From an uncultured Candidatus Saccharibacteria bacterium (GTDB taxonomy: Bacteria; Patescibacteriota; Saccharimonadia; Saccharimonadales; Saccharimonadaceae): DNA of 64,000 bases. The stretch covers positions 4,987-68,986 of the forward strand of contig CAMVCL010000002.1 of assembly GCA_947165975.1 (NCBI GenBank), written 5' to 3'. Of this stretch, positions 15,392 to 23,698 are shown piece after piece (positions within the stretch are counted from its first letter, which is position 1; each line of letters begins with the position of its first letter). A program made the position numbers and the translations under genes. Under the pieces are notes generated by a model. The model worked only from the letters and a program-made list of their open reading frames with translations, was not told the origin of the DNA and did no database searches.

Positions 15392-17623
15392 ATGCCAGAC
15401 GACAACACCCAAACAACACCATCGATTCCGCCGGTTGATCCGACTGTGGCTGGTACTTCGGCACCAACTGAATCAGAATCCAATCCGATTACTGATTCGG
15501 CCCCTGAACCAACTCCGGCACCTGAACCCGTCCCAGAGCCTACTTCGGCCCCCGTCAGTTCTAGTGTTGTCGATCCAACTTTACCACCGCCCGATGACTC
15601 GGCATCTAAGCCGGCTCCGGTATCAGATAAGTCGTCTATCTATGCGGAAGTGACTAGCAAGATTGCCTCATCTAAAAATGTTTTAATTGCACTTTCTAGC
15701 GACCCATCTGTAGATGAGATGGCGGCCGCAATTGGTCTTCAGTTATTCCTTGATAAACTAGGCAAGCGTGCTACCGCGATTTATTCTGGTTCCACTCCAA
15801 ACGCGCTTGAATTTCTTAAACCAGAAGAAACTTTTGAGTCTACAGCTGACGCATTGCAGGATTTTGTCATTGCTCTTAATAAGGAAAAAGCTGACCATTT
15901 ACGCTATAAGCTGGATGGTGATTTTGTTAAGATTTATATTACTCCATACAAAACCAGAATAGCCGAAACTGATTTAGATTTTTCATATGGTGATTACAAT
16001 GTCGATCTCGTACTCGCATTAGACGTAGCAAACGGCATCGATCTTGATTCCGCCCTGCGTGAGCACGGTCGTATTATGCACGATGCTGTAATCATCAATA
16101 TTACGACAGGTAAACCAGGTAAATTTGGCGAAATTGAATGGAGCGATAAGTCTGCCAGCTCAGTATCAGAAATGATTGCAACCCTACTTTACAAAATTAG
16201 CGATGCAAAAATAGAAAAAGAGGAAGCTACCGCATTTCTCACTGGTATCGTCGCCGCCACCAACCGTTTTTCTAATTCCATGACTACATCCGATACAATG
16301 AAGATTGCATCCAAGCTTATGGAATCTGGTGCCAATCAACAGCTCGTTTCTAAGAATATTACTCCTGACGTTGATAACGAGATGGCAACCATAACTATGG
16401 CCACACCAGCTGGAGATTCGCTCGCCACACTAGAGACAGAACAAGAAGAAGTTGACCCGACTAAACTTGACATTCAACACGGCAATGAAAGTCCGACTGA
16501 CGAAGCTAAAGAGATTGATGATCCTATCACTGAAAAAAGCAGTTCTTTACTCGATGATTTAAAGGCTGCAGAAGCAAGTTTGGCTGGTGCGGGCGCCGAA
16601 GTCACACCAGAAGATAAGCAAACCGCCCTAAAAATCAATAATGGAGAAGAAGAAAAACCCTCCGACGACGACAAAGAGTCGGTTAGTCCAGAAGAATCTA
16701 AGATAGATAATGAAGAATCCAAGGTTGAGTCCAAAGATGAGAACACGATAAAATCTGACGAAAGTAAGCCTACAGAAAAAACAGAGACTTCTGCGGAAGA
16801 ATCCGAAGAAGATGCGCTTTCACTTTCGCTTAAAGAAGCTGCCGCTGAATTAACAAAAGAGGCTTCAAACGAAATCCCGGCTCCGGCTCCAGAACCAGTT
16901 CAAGAGCCTGCTCCGACGTCAGCTTCTGAGCCAGTTGCCGAAGCTCCAGCTGAAGCATCACAAGAAGAACCAGCCCCGGCTCCAGAACCAGCTCCAGTTC
17001 CAACGCCGGCTCCGACCCCAGCCCCAGCCCCGGCCCCGGCTCCAGAACCAGCTCCAGTTCCAACGCCGGTTCCCGAGCCAACCGCCCCAAAGTTTTTGGT
17101 AGAACCACTTCCAGAATCTGGAGAAGATGAGGGTTTATCGTCCGACAGTGAGCCAATACACTTAAATAGTCAAGAAAAAGTATTACAGCCTACTACCGAT
17201 TTATCAACTATCGGTACAGGTGAGCCAGGTGATAATAAATATGGTCAAATGCTTGAAGCTGCTCTTGAGGGTCTAAATAATGCAACTCCAACAATGCCTG
17301 CTGCAGCACCAGCTGCTAATCCAGCAGCTGCTAGCGCACCATCCGTGCCATCTAATCCAGAGATTAATGGTGTACCAGAAATGAATTATATGCCAATGCC
17401 AGGCGAAGAGATTCTGCCACCACCTCCGACTCCACCAATCAATATGGCAAATGTCACTGCGCCAAATCCTAGTGCCGCTCTACCACCTACTGAACCAATT
17501 CAGCCGGCCGGTCCCGCCCCAGAGCCCACTCCAGAACCATTAGGTGCTCAACCTGCTATGCAAGATCAGATATATACTCCACAAGCTGCTGATCCAGGCG
17601 CCTTCAAGATTCCTGGAATGTAA
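15392..17623 (+). CDS. NrnA-like DHH-domain protein with substituted catalytic motifs, flanked by Pro/Ala/Glu-rich disordered regions
   Basis: The core (approx. aa 95-320) follows DHH motif order: LIALSSDPSVDEMAAAIGL, LVLALDV, VIINITTG (where DHH is expected), GIVAATNRF. There is no DHHA1/GGGH. The termini are PAPEP-type low complexity. Confidence 0.55.
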   Translation: MPDDNTQTTPSIPPVDPTVAGTSAPTESESNPITDSAPEPTPAPEPVPEPTSAPVSSSVVDPTLPPPDDSASKPAPVSDKSSIYAEVTSKIASSKNVLIALSSDPSVDEMAAAIGLQLFLDKLGKRATAIYSGSTPNALEFLKPEETFESTADALQDFVIALNKEKADHLRYKLDGDFVKIYITPYKTRIAETDLDFSYGDYNVDLVLALDVANGIDLDSALREHGRIMHDAVIINITTGKPGKFGEIEWSDKSASSVSEMIATLLYKISDAKIEKEEATAFLTGIVAATNRFSNSMTTSDTMKIASKLMESGANQQLVSKNITPDVDNEMATITMATPAGDSLATLETEQEEVDPTKLDIQHGNESPTDEAKEIDDPITEKSSSLLDDLKAAEASLAGAGAEVTPEDKQTALKINNGEEEKPSDDDKESVSPEESKIDNEESKVESKDENTIKSDESKPTEKTETSAEESEEDALSLSLKEAAAELTKEASNEIPAPAPEPVQEPAPTSASEPVAEAPAEASQEEPAPAPEPAPVPTPAPTPAPAPAPAPEPAPVPTPVPEPTAPKFLVEPLPESGEDEGLSSDSEPIHLNSQEKVLQPTTDLSTIGTGEPGDNKYGQMLEAALEGLNNATPTMPAAAPAANPAAASAPSVPSNPEINGVPEMNYMPMPGEEILPPPPTPPINMANVTAPNPSAALPPTEPIQPAGPAPEPTPEPLGAQPAMQDQIYTPQAADPGAFKIPGM
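16974..17069 (+). repeat. 36-bp perfect direct repeat, two copies 60 bp apart, inside the Pro/Ala-rich coding region
   Basis: ccccggctccagaaccagctccagttccaacgccgg occurs at 16974..17009 and 17034..17069. Confidence 0.85.
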
Positions 17624-17624
17624 G

Positions 17625-17651
17625 AAAAAAGACCCTCTCGGGGTCTTTTTT
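17625..17651. terminator. bidirectional intrinsic terminator (aaaaaagaccc-tctc-gggtctttttt)
   Basis: Hairpin with A-run and T-run flanks, between the 743-aa ORF and the convergent tRNA-Asp. Confidence 0.8.
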
Positions 17652-17674
17652 TATTGTTTTTTTGTGCAAAAAAA

Positions 17675-17751
17675 TGGCGGAACCGACGAGACTCGAACTC
17701 GCGACCTCTGCCGTGACAGGGCAGCGCTCTAACCAACTGAGCTACGATTCC
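17675..17751 (-). tRNA. tRNA-Asp (GTC), CCA encoded
   Basis: The reverse complement folds as a cloverleaf: acceptor GGAATCG/CGGTTCC, anticodon loop CTGTCAC, T-loop GGTCGCGAGTTCGAGTCTCG. Confidence 0.92.
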
Positions 17752-17834
17752 AGTAATCACATTATATATTATTTCGAGTCAAAACGCAACCCCCCTTGTA
17801 AAATTAGTGAATCCGTGCTATAATACACGCTAAT

Positions 17835-18053
17835 ATGGCTATAAAAGTAACTAGAAAAGATCAAGGCGAGGCAAACGAAAATATCATTCGTCGTTTTAAT
17901 CGCAAAGTCCTTCAGAGTGGTATGATGCCGTTGAAAAAGTCGCAAATGCGCTTTAGCAAACCAATGTCTAAGCGTGAACGACGCTTAAAGGCTATCATTC
18001 GTGAAGCCCGCAAGGCTGAAAAGACCGAACGCATCAAATTAGGACTCAAATAA
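17835..18053 (+). CDS. rpsU: 30S ribosomal protein S21
   Basis: 72 aa, basic. ...ENIIRRFNRKV...FSKPMSKRERR is an S21-like pattern. TGcTATAAT lies 10 nt upstream. Confidence 0.8.
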   Translation: MAIKVTRKDQGEANENIIRRFNRKVLQSGMMPLKKSQMRFSKPMSKRERRLKAIIREARKAEKTERIKLGLK

Positions 18054-18156
18054 ATAAATCTCTCCTTATGGGGGAGATTTTTGATGCATATGCTCCCTAA
18101 CTCCTCTAAAGGCTAGAACCGTTTAGAATATGCTATAATTACACCAAAGGAGATTT

Positions 18157-18750
18157 ATGATTATATTATTTGGTCTGGCTGGTTCAGGCAAAGGTACCCA
18201 AGGCAAAGCATTATCTGAGATTTTTGGTTGGCGCTGGCTATCAGTTGGCGAAGCAATTCGTCAACATGGCGGCTACGAGGAGATTATTAACAGAGGCGGT
18301 CTTATTCCTGACGAAGATGTTATCAAACTTATGGATAAACAGATAAAAAAGGCCGAAGACGAAGGATTCGATGTGATCTTAGACGGCTACCCACGCGATA
18401 AAGAACAAGCCGAATATATTATGAACACCATGGCTGAAAAAATCGATGGCGCCATTATTTTGGAGGTCCCCAAAGAAGAATTATTCGCCAGACTGGCACT
18501 TCGTGGCCGTGACGACGACAAAGAAAGATCGAGTATAGAAAAGCGTTTTGCAGTCTTTGAACAAAATATTTATTCAATTCTACCGCTATTAGAAGGCAAG
18601 AACGTTCCAATTGAACGTGTAAATGGTGTTGGTAAAATTGAAGAAGTTACTGAACGGCTAGTACAAGTTGTTAAAAAGATGAATATAGACGCCACTGAAC
18701 AAACCTCTGATGTTAATGGTGGAGAAATCGAGAAAAGTTATGGGGAATAG
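18157..18750 (+). CDS. adk: adenylate kinase (short lid, no Zn)
   Basis: IILFGLAGSGKGTQGKALSE P-loop, ILDGYPRD, LALRGRDDD. Confidence 0.85.
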   Translation: MIILFGLAGSGKGTQGKALSEIFGWRWLSVGEAIRQHGGYEEIINRGGLIPDEDVIKLMDKQIKKAEDEGFDVILDGYPRDKEQAEYIMNTMAEKIDGAIILEVPKEELFARLALRGRDDDKERSSIEKRFAVFEQNIYSILPLLEGKNVPIERVNGVGKIEEVTERLVQVVKKMNIDATEQTSDVNGGEIEKSYGE

Positions 18751-19531
18751 TGGTATTATCAACATCGAAACAGCCAGTCGCGAAAAAGTTCAAGAGAAAA
18801 TCTCTGCTATGCGAGAGTGTGGCAAGATTCACGGACAGCTATTTAAAGACCTTAGAGAATACGTCAAGCCTGGCATGACCGGCAAAGAAATCGATGCTTG
18901 GGTTCGCAAAGAGATTGTGAAACGTGGTGCTAAAGTCGCCTATGACATGCTTGAAGAAGAATTTCCTGGCGCAATCTGCATTTCAGTTAATGATGAGTTG
19001 GTCCATGGTGCACCTAAAGACGAACCATTAGAAGAAGGTGATAAAGTCTCTTTCGATTTAGATATTTATTATAAAGGCTACTATACTGATTCTGCCTTTA
19101 CTATCCTAGTCGGCGATAAAGGTTCTCCCGCCATCAAGAAAATGATTTCCGTGACAGAATCATCCATGTGGGAGGGAATTGCCCAAGTCAAACCCGGTGC
19201 GCATATCGGTGACATTGGACATGCTGTCGAAAAAGTTTTGAAAAGAGGACATCTAGGCGTGATTGAGAATTATATTGGTCACGGTATAGGTAAAACTATG
19301 CACGAATCTCCTGAGGTCCCAAATTATGGCAAAAAAGGTCACGGTTACAAGTTAGTCGAAGGCGATACGATTTGTATTGAGCCAATGTCATGTCTTGGTA
19401 AACCTGCCAACTATATTGATAAGGATGACAACTGGACTGTCAAAATGAAAGACGGCAGCATTGGTTGTCACTGTGAACATACAGTACTTGTCACTAAAGA
19501 TGGTTATGAAGTATTAACCTTAGCAGACTAG
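18740..19531 (+). CDS. map: methionine aminopeptidase type I
   Basis: Metal-ligand blocks FDLDIYYKGYYTDSAFT, GHGIG, CIEPM, CHCEHTV. The start is ambiguous (18710 or 18740). Confidence 0.9.
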   Translation: MGNSGIINIETASREKVQEKISAMRECGKIHGQLFKDLREYVKPGMTGKEIDAWVRKEIVKRGAKVAYDMLEEEFPGAICISVNDELVHGAPKDEPLEEGDKVSFDLDIYYKGYYTDSAFTILVGDKGSPAIKKMISVTESSMWEGIAQVKPGAHIGDIGHAVEKVLKRGHLGVIENYIGHGIGKTMHESPEVPNYGKKGHGYKLVEGDTICIEPMSCLGKPANYIDKDDNWTVKMKDGSIGCHCEHTVLVTKDGYEVLTLAD

Positions 19532-19569
19532 TATATTAGCATTTTGATTTTTTATGATATAATAAGCTT

Positions 19570-20799
19570 ATGGATGAAAATAATCGTTTCGTGACAGGTC
19601 TCGATGTAGGCACAGAAAATGTCCGTGCCGTGATTGCTTCTGTCGACAAAGATGGCAAAGTTGCTATTGTTGGCTACAACGAGGGTAAATCCGCTGGTAT
19701 GCGCAAAGGTATTCCAGCTAACCTTGCAGGCCCCGCTGGCGCAATCGATAAAATGCTCGGAGACGCCGAGCGCATGGGCGGCTACGATGTTCGTTCAGCC
19801 TATGTATCCATCAATGGTTCTACAGTGATTTCTACTCAAACCGAGGGCATGATTGCTGTCGGTAATTCTGACCACGAAATCGTGGGCGAAGATTTGGATC
19901 GTGTTGAAGATGTTGCCGTTTCTGGACGCATTCCAGCCAACAGAGACGTTTTAGCGGTAATCCCACTCGAATATGCTATCGATGGTCAAGCTGGCATTAA
20001 AGATCCAATGGGTATGGCGGGTGCTCGCCTAGAGATGCGCGCTAACGTTATCTCAGCCCTCACGCCAAATTGTGAAAATCTTAAAAAAGCAACAATGAAC
20101 GCTGATGTACAGGCGCTCAGACTGGTTCCAAGTGTAGTCGCAGCTGCTCGTGCTGTATTGACTGATCGTCAAAAAGAAAATGGTGTCGCCGTAATTGATT
20201 TTGGTGCTACTACAACCTCAGTTGCAGTTTATGAAGAAGGCGATTTACAATATGTAGGCGTAGTTCCAGCTGGCTCCAACAACATTACTAATGATCTCGC
20301 TATCGTCCTTGCCGTTGATCCAGACCTTGCCGAAGAGATTAAAACCCGTTTCATTACTGGTAATTTTGATACCGATAAATCTCCCGCCATCAAAGTAGGG
20401 AAGCACGGCGAGCGTACTTTTGATCGTAAAGAAGTTGAAGAAGTTGTCATGGCTCGTCTCGACGAAATATTTGCTGAAATTCGCAAAAAACTAAAAGCCG
20501 CCAAGTATGACCAACGTCTTCCAGAGGGAATTATACTCACTGGCGGAGGCGCCAAAATGCGCGATATTGAACTCTACGCTAAAAAATGCCTTGAAGCGTC
20601 TGTTAAAATCGGTACCCCAATTGGTCTTGAAGGTGTTGCTGATGCCGTAGAAAAACCCGAATTTGCTGCTGCTGTCGGTCTTGCTCAACTTGCCGCCGAA
20701 GACTCTATGTATCAAGCTCCTATGGGCAAAAAAGCTAAAAAAGCTAAAAAATCTGGCGATTCTGCTGGGTTCTTTAAGAAATTGTTCTCTAGATTCTAA
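19570..20799 (+). CDS. ftsA: cell division protein FtsA
   Basis: Actin-fold motifs GLDVGTENVRAV, VIDFGATTTSV, IILTGGGAKM, plus a C-terminal amphipathic tail. TGaTATAAT lies 6 nt before the ATG. Confidence 0.92.
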   Translation: MDENNRFVTGLDVGTENVRAVIASVDKDGKVAIVGYNEGKSAGMRKGIPANLAGPAGAIDKMLGDAERMGGYDVRSAYVSINGSTVISTQTEGMIAVGNSDHEIVGEDLDRVEDVAVSGRIPANRDVLAVIPLEYAIDGQAGIKDPMGMAGARLEMRANVISALTPNCENLKKATMNADVQALRLVPSVVAAARAVLTDRQKENGVAVIDFGATTTSVAVYEEGDLQYVGVVPAGSNNITNDLAIVLAVDPDLAEEIKTRFITGNFDTDKSPAIKVGKHGERTFDRKEVEEVVMARLDEIFAEIRKKLKAAKYDQRLPEGIILTGGGAKMRDIELYAKKCLEASVKIGTPIGLEGVADAVEKPEFAAAVGLAQLAAEDSMYQAPMGKKAKKAKKSGDSAGFFKKLFSRF

Positions 20800-20913
20800 A
20801 GCAAAAAATCAGCCTTTAACAAACCCCTTATTTCAGATAAAATCACGCTTTCAACCCCCTTGATTTTTCGTGTTTTTCGGTGTATACTAAACACAAAGTA
20901 AAGTGAGGTAGTT

Positions 20914-22083
20914 ATGCCAGAAATTAAACCAACAGAGGTGGAAAGTAAAGCAAGTATTAAAGTTGTAGGTGTAGGCGGTGCCGGTGGTTCTGCAGTTGAG
21001 CGCATGAAGGAAGTGGGACTTTCTGGCGTGGAATTTGTTGCCATTAACACCGATGCTCAAGCCCTACATCACTCCCCAGCCGATGTCAAAGTCCATATCG
21101 GTAAAGGCCTTGGTGCCGGTGGTGATCCCGAAAAAGGTCGTGAGGCTGCCGAAGAAGGCAGAGAAGCCATCGATAAGGCTCTAGACGGCGCTGACATGGT
21201 ATTTATTACGTTAGGTGCCGGTGGTGGTACTGGCTCTGGTGCGGGTCCTATCGTTGCCGAAGAGGCTCGTAAGAAAGATATCCTTACCGTAGGTGTGGCA
21301 ACTAAGCCATTTACCTTCGAAGGCGCACGTCGTCGTGCAAATGCCGAAGTTGCTATTGATAAGCTCGCTCGTCAAGTTGATGCCCTTATTACTATTCCGA
21401 ACGATCGCTTACTTCAGACTATTGACCCACGTACTCCGCTTCTCGAAACCTTCAAGATTGCTGACGACGTTCTACGTCAAGGTGTCCAAGGCATTTCGGA
21501 GTTAATTACTGAACACTCACTCATCAACCTAGACTTTGCTGATGTTAAATCCATCATGAAAAACGCCGGTTCTGCCCTAATGGGAATTGGTCGCGCTTCT
21601 GGCGAAAACCGTGCCGTAATTGCAGCTCAGCAAGCTGTCGAATCACCACTAATTGAAGTCAAGATTGAAGGCGCTCGTGGTGTGCTCTTCAGCGTCGCCG
21701 GTGGTTATGATATGTCAATGAGCGAAGTTCAAGAAGCCGCCGAAGTTATCACTGGCGCTGTCTCGCCAGATGCTAACATTATCTTCGGTGCTTCTATCCG
21801 CCCAGAATTAGAAGATGAGCTTATTGTTACGGTGGTCGCTACTGGATTCGATTCTGATTATTATGCAGAACCTGAACCAGAACCAATTGCCGAAACCACT
21901 AGTAGTTTCAAAGACGAGAAACCAGCCGCCGAAGCTAAGGATTTTGCCTTAGAGAATAAATCCAATATGTGGGATTCTATCAAACAAGAACCAGAACCAG
22001 AGCAGCCCGCCATCACTAATGATGACGAACTCGATGTCCCACCTTCCCTAAGAGAACGTCTCAAAAACAAGAAGCGCAAATAG
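20914..22083 (+). CDS. ftsZ: cell division GTPase FtsZ
   Basis: [14 protein letters not shown] and tubulin signature [15 protein letters not shown]. Confidence 0.96.
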   Translation: MPEIKPTEVESKASIKVVGVGGAGGSAVERMKEVGLSGVEFVAINTDAQALHHSPADVKVHIGKGLGAGGDPEKGREAAEEGREAIDKALDGADMVFITLGAGGGTGSGAGPIVAEEARKKDILTVGVATKPFTFEGARRRANAEVAIDKLARQVDALITIPNDRLLQTIDPRTPLLETFKIADDVLRQGVQGISELITEHSLINLDFADVKSIMKNAGSALMGIGRASGENRAVIAAQQAVESPLIEVKIEGARGVLFSVAGGYDMSMSEVQEAAEVITGAVSPDANIIFGASIRPELEDELIVTVVATGFDSDYYAEPEPEPIAETTSSFKDEKPAAEAKDFALENKSNMWDSIKQEPEPEQPAITNDDELDVPPSLRERLKNKKRK

Positions 22084-22096
22084 AAAGGAACCGCGG

Positions 22097-22546
22097 ATGG
22101 AACGTAAATTCAGGATCGGAGATAGCAAAGTTCTAGAAAGCCGCGAAACGGTAGATGGTACTATGATTCGTCGCCGCCGTGAGACTACGGACGGTCATCG
22201 TTTTACTACTTATGAACGCATCGAAATGCCACCGCTTACTGTTAATAAACGTAGTGGTAATAAGGAAATCTACGATCGCGACAAACTTTTACTTGCTGTA
22301 CGTCGTAGTGTAGGCAAATTCTTCAATTCTGAACTTGAAGTTGAAGAAGTCGTTAATAAAGCTTCTGATATCCTTTATTCTTATGGTACTGACGAGATTA
22401 CTAGTAAGCAGATCGGTGAGGCTGTACTTGATGTACTTGCTGAAGTGAATGAAGTTGCCTATGTGCGTTTTGCCTCCGTCTTCCGTGAATTTAAAACGCT
22501 CGAAGATTTTGAAAATATCTTAAAAGAGCAGAAAAGGAAAAAATAA
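22097..22546 (+). CDS. nrdR: transcriptional repressor NrdR (Zn-ribbon cysteines all substituted)
   Basis: SKVLESR...IRRRRE....HRFTTYE plus an ATP-cone (KRSGNKEIYDRDKL...VAYVRFASVF). There are no Cys at the four ribbon positions. Confidence 0.85.
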   Translation: MERKFRIGDSKVLESRETVDGTMIRRRRETTDGHRFTTYERIEMPPLTVNKRSGNKEIYDRDKLLLAVRRSVGKFFNSELEVEEVVNKASDILYSYGTDEITSKQIGEAVLDVLAEVNEVAYVRFASVFREFKTLEDFENILKEQKRKK

Positions 22547-22549
22547 TTT

Positions 22550-22804
22550 ATGAGGGTGGTTTGTATCTATAAAGATAATCAAGATTATTCGCGTTCCGTC
22601 GAAGAATGGATTGAAAATTTGTATCGTCAAACTGGACGCGAAATCGAAACTATGGACCCAGATCAGAATCCGGGTTTTTGTGAAGCATATGATATCGTCG
22701 AATATCCCACTATCGTTGCGATTGCCAACGACAGTTCGGTTCGTGCCATGTGGCGCGGTCGTGAACTGCCGCTTCTCAACGAGGTGCTCTCATATATGAT
22801 ATAA
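22550..22804 (+). CDS. thioredoxin-fold small protein, NrdH/glutaredoxin-like without a CxxC
   Basis: 84 aa. MRVVCIYKDNQDYSRS...YDIVEYPTIVAI follows a beta-alpha-beta thioredoxin-fold pattern, with DYSR where a CxxC would sit. Confidence 0.35.
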   Translation: MRVVCIYKDNQDYSRSVEEWIENLYRQTGREIETMDPDQNPGFCEAYDIVEYPTIVAIANDSSVRAMWRGRELPLLNEVLSYMI

Positions 22805-22811
22805 TGTAAGC

Positions 22812-23642
22812 ATGAACGATATGGATATAGATATTAATGCTACCGAGACGGTTGATACCATCGTCAACAATATTTGGGTACAAAGATTATTTTGGTCTTG
22901 TGTTGTTATCCTGGTATGCATTTTGTTATATTTTATTATTTCGCGCATCATAGCTTCAAGAGAAAAGAAACGCTCCAAAATTTTTAGCAACAAAAAAAGT
23001 AAGACTTATTTAAAAATGCTGCGCAGTGTCACTGGTTATGTTCTAATGGCTGTGGCCGTCCTAGCAATTCTGCAAATTTTTGGTATCGATACGTCCTCAA
23101 TGCTTACCGGCATCGGCATTATTGGTATCATCGTTGGTTTTGCCGTTCAGGATGCATTAAAAGATATCATCAAAGGGTTCGACATTCTTTCAGATGACTA
23201 CTATAATGTAGGAGATATCGTTAAGTACGGTGAAAATACTGGCAAGATTCTTTCTGTTGGGCTTAAGACGACCAAAATGCAAGACATTATGACGGGAAAC
23301 ATTGTTTCAGTTTCAAATCGCAATATTGATCAGGTTGAAGTTGTTTCGGGTGATATCTATCTCACTATCCCTTTGCCATATGATTTACCAGTTAAAAAAG
23401 CCGAAGAAATACTCCGTACCGCGACCGCCAAAATACGTCGTCAAGATGATGTAAAATCGGCTGAGATGTATGGACTCACTTCGCTCGGTGATTCCGCCAT
23501 GAACTATCTTATTGGTGTCACTACTGATCCGTCACTCAAACTTCGCATTCGTCGCAAAGCACTACATACAATTGTTACAACTCTGGAAGAAGACAAAATC
23601 CATATTCCATATCCACAACTAGATATACATAACAAAAAATAA
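22812..23642 (+). CDS. small-conductance mechanosensitive channel (MscS family)
   Basis: TM3/beta-domain signature GIIGIIVGFAVQDALKDIIKGFDILSDDYYNVGDIV. Confidence 0.82.
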   Translation: MNDMDIDINATETVDTIVNNIWVQRLFWSCVVILVCILLYFIISRIIASREKKRSKIFSNKKSKTYLKMLRSVTGYVLMAVAVLAILQIFGIDTSSMLTGIGIIGIIVGFAVQDALKDIIKGFDILSDDYYNVGDIVKYGENTGKILSVGLKTTKMQDIMTGNIVSVSNRNIDQVEVVSGDIYLTIPLPYDLPVKKAEEILRTATAKIRRQDDVKSAEMYGLTSLGDSAMNYLIGVTTDPSLKLRIRRKALHTIVTTLEEDKIHIPYPQLDIHNKK

Positions 23643-23698
23643 ATCACCAGACGACACAAACGTTTTATCACAACAGGGAAATGTGGTATAATTTTAGA

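Noticed and set aside
16830-17156. 108-aa antisense ORF within the Pro/Ala-rich part of the 743-aa gene.
   Set aside because: It is low-complexity mirror translation of GC-rich PAPEP codons, with no start context.
17544-17760. ORFs 17544..17732 (+) and 17566..17760 (-); similarly 50074..50286 (-).
   Set aside because: They overlap tRNA-Asp and tRNA-Thr and the adjacent terminators, and the tRNA cloverleaves explain the sequence.
18056-18083. Possible terminator hairpin after rpsU (atctctcc...gggggagattt).
   Set aside because: Pairing is out of register when written out (5-bp stem with bulges), which is too weak to call.
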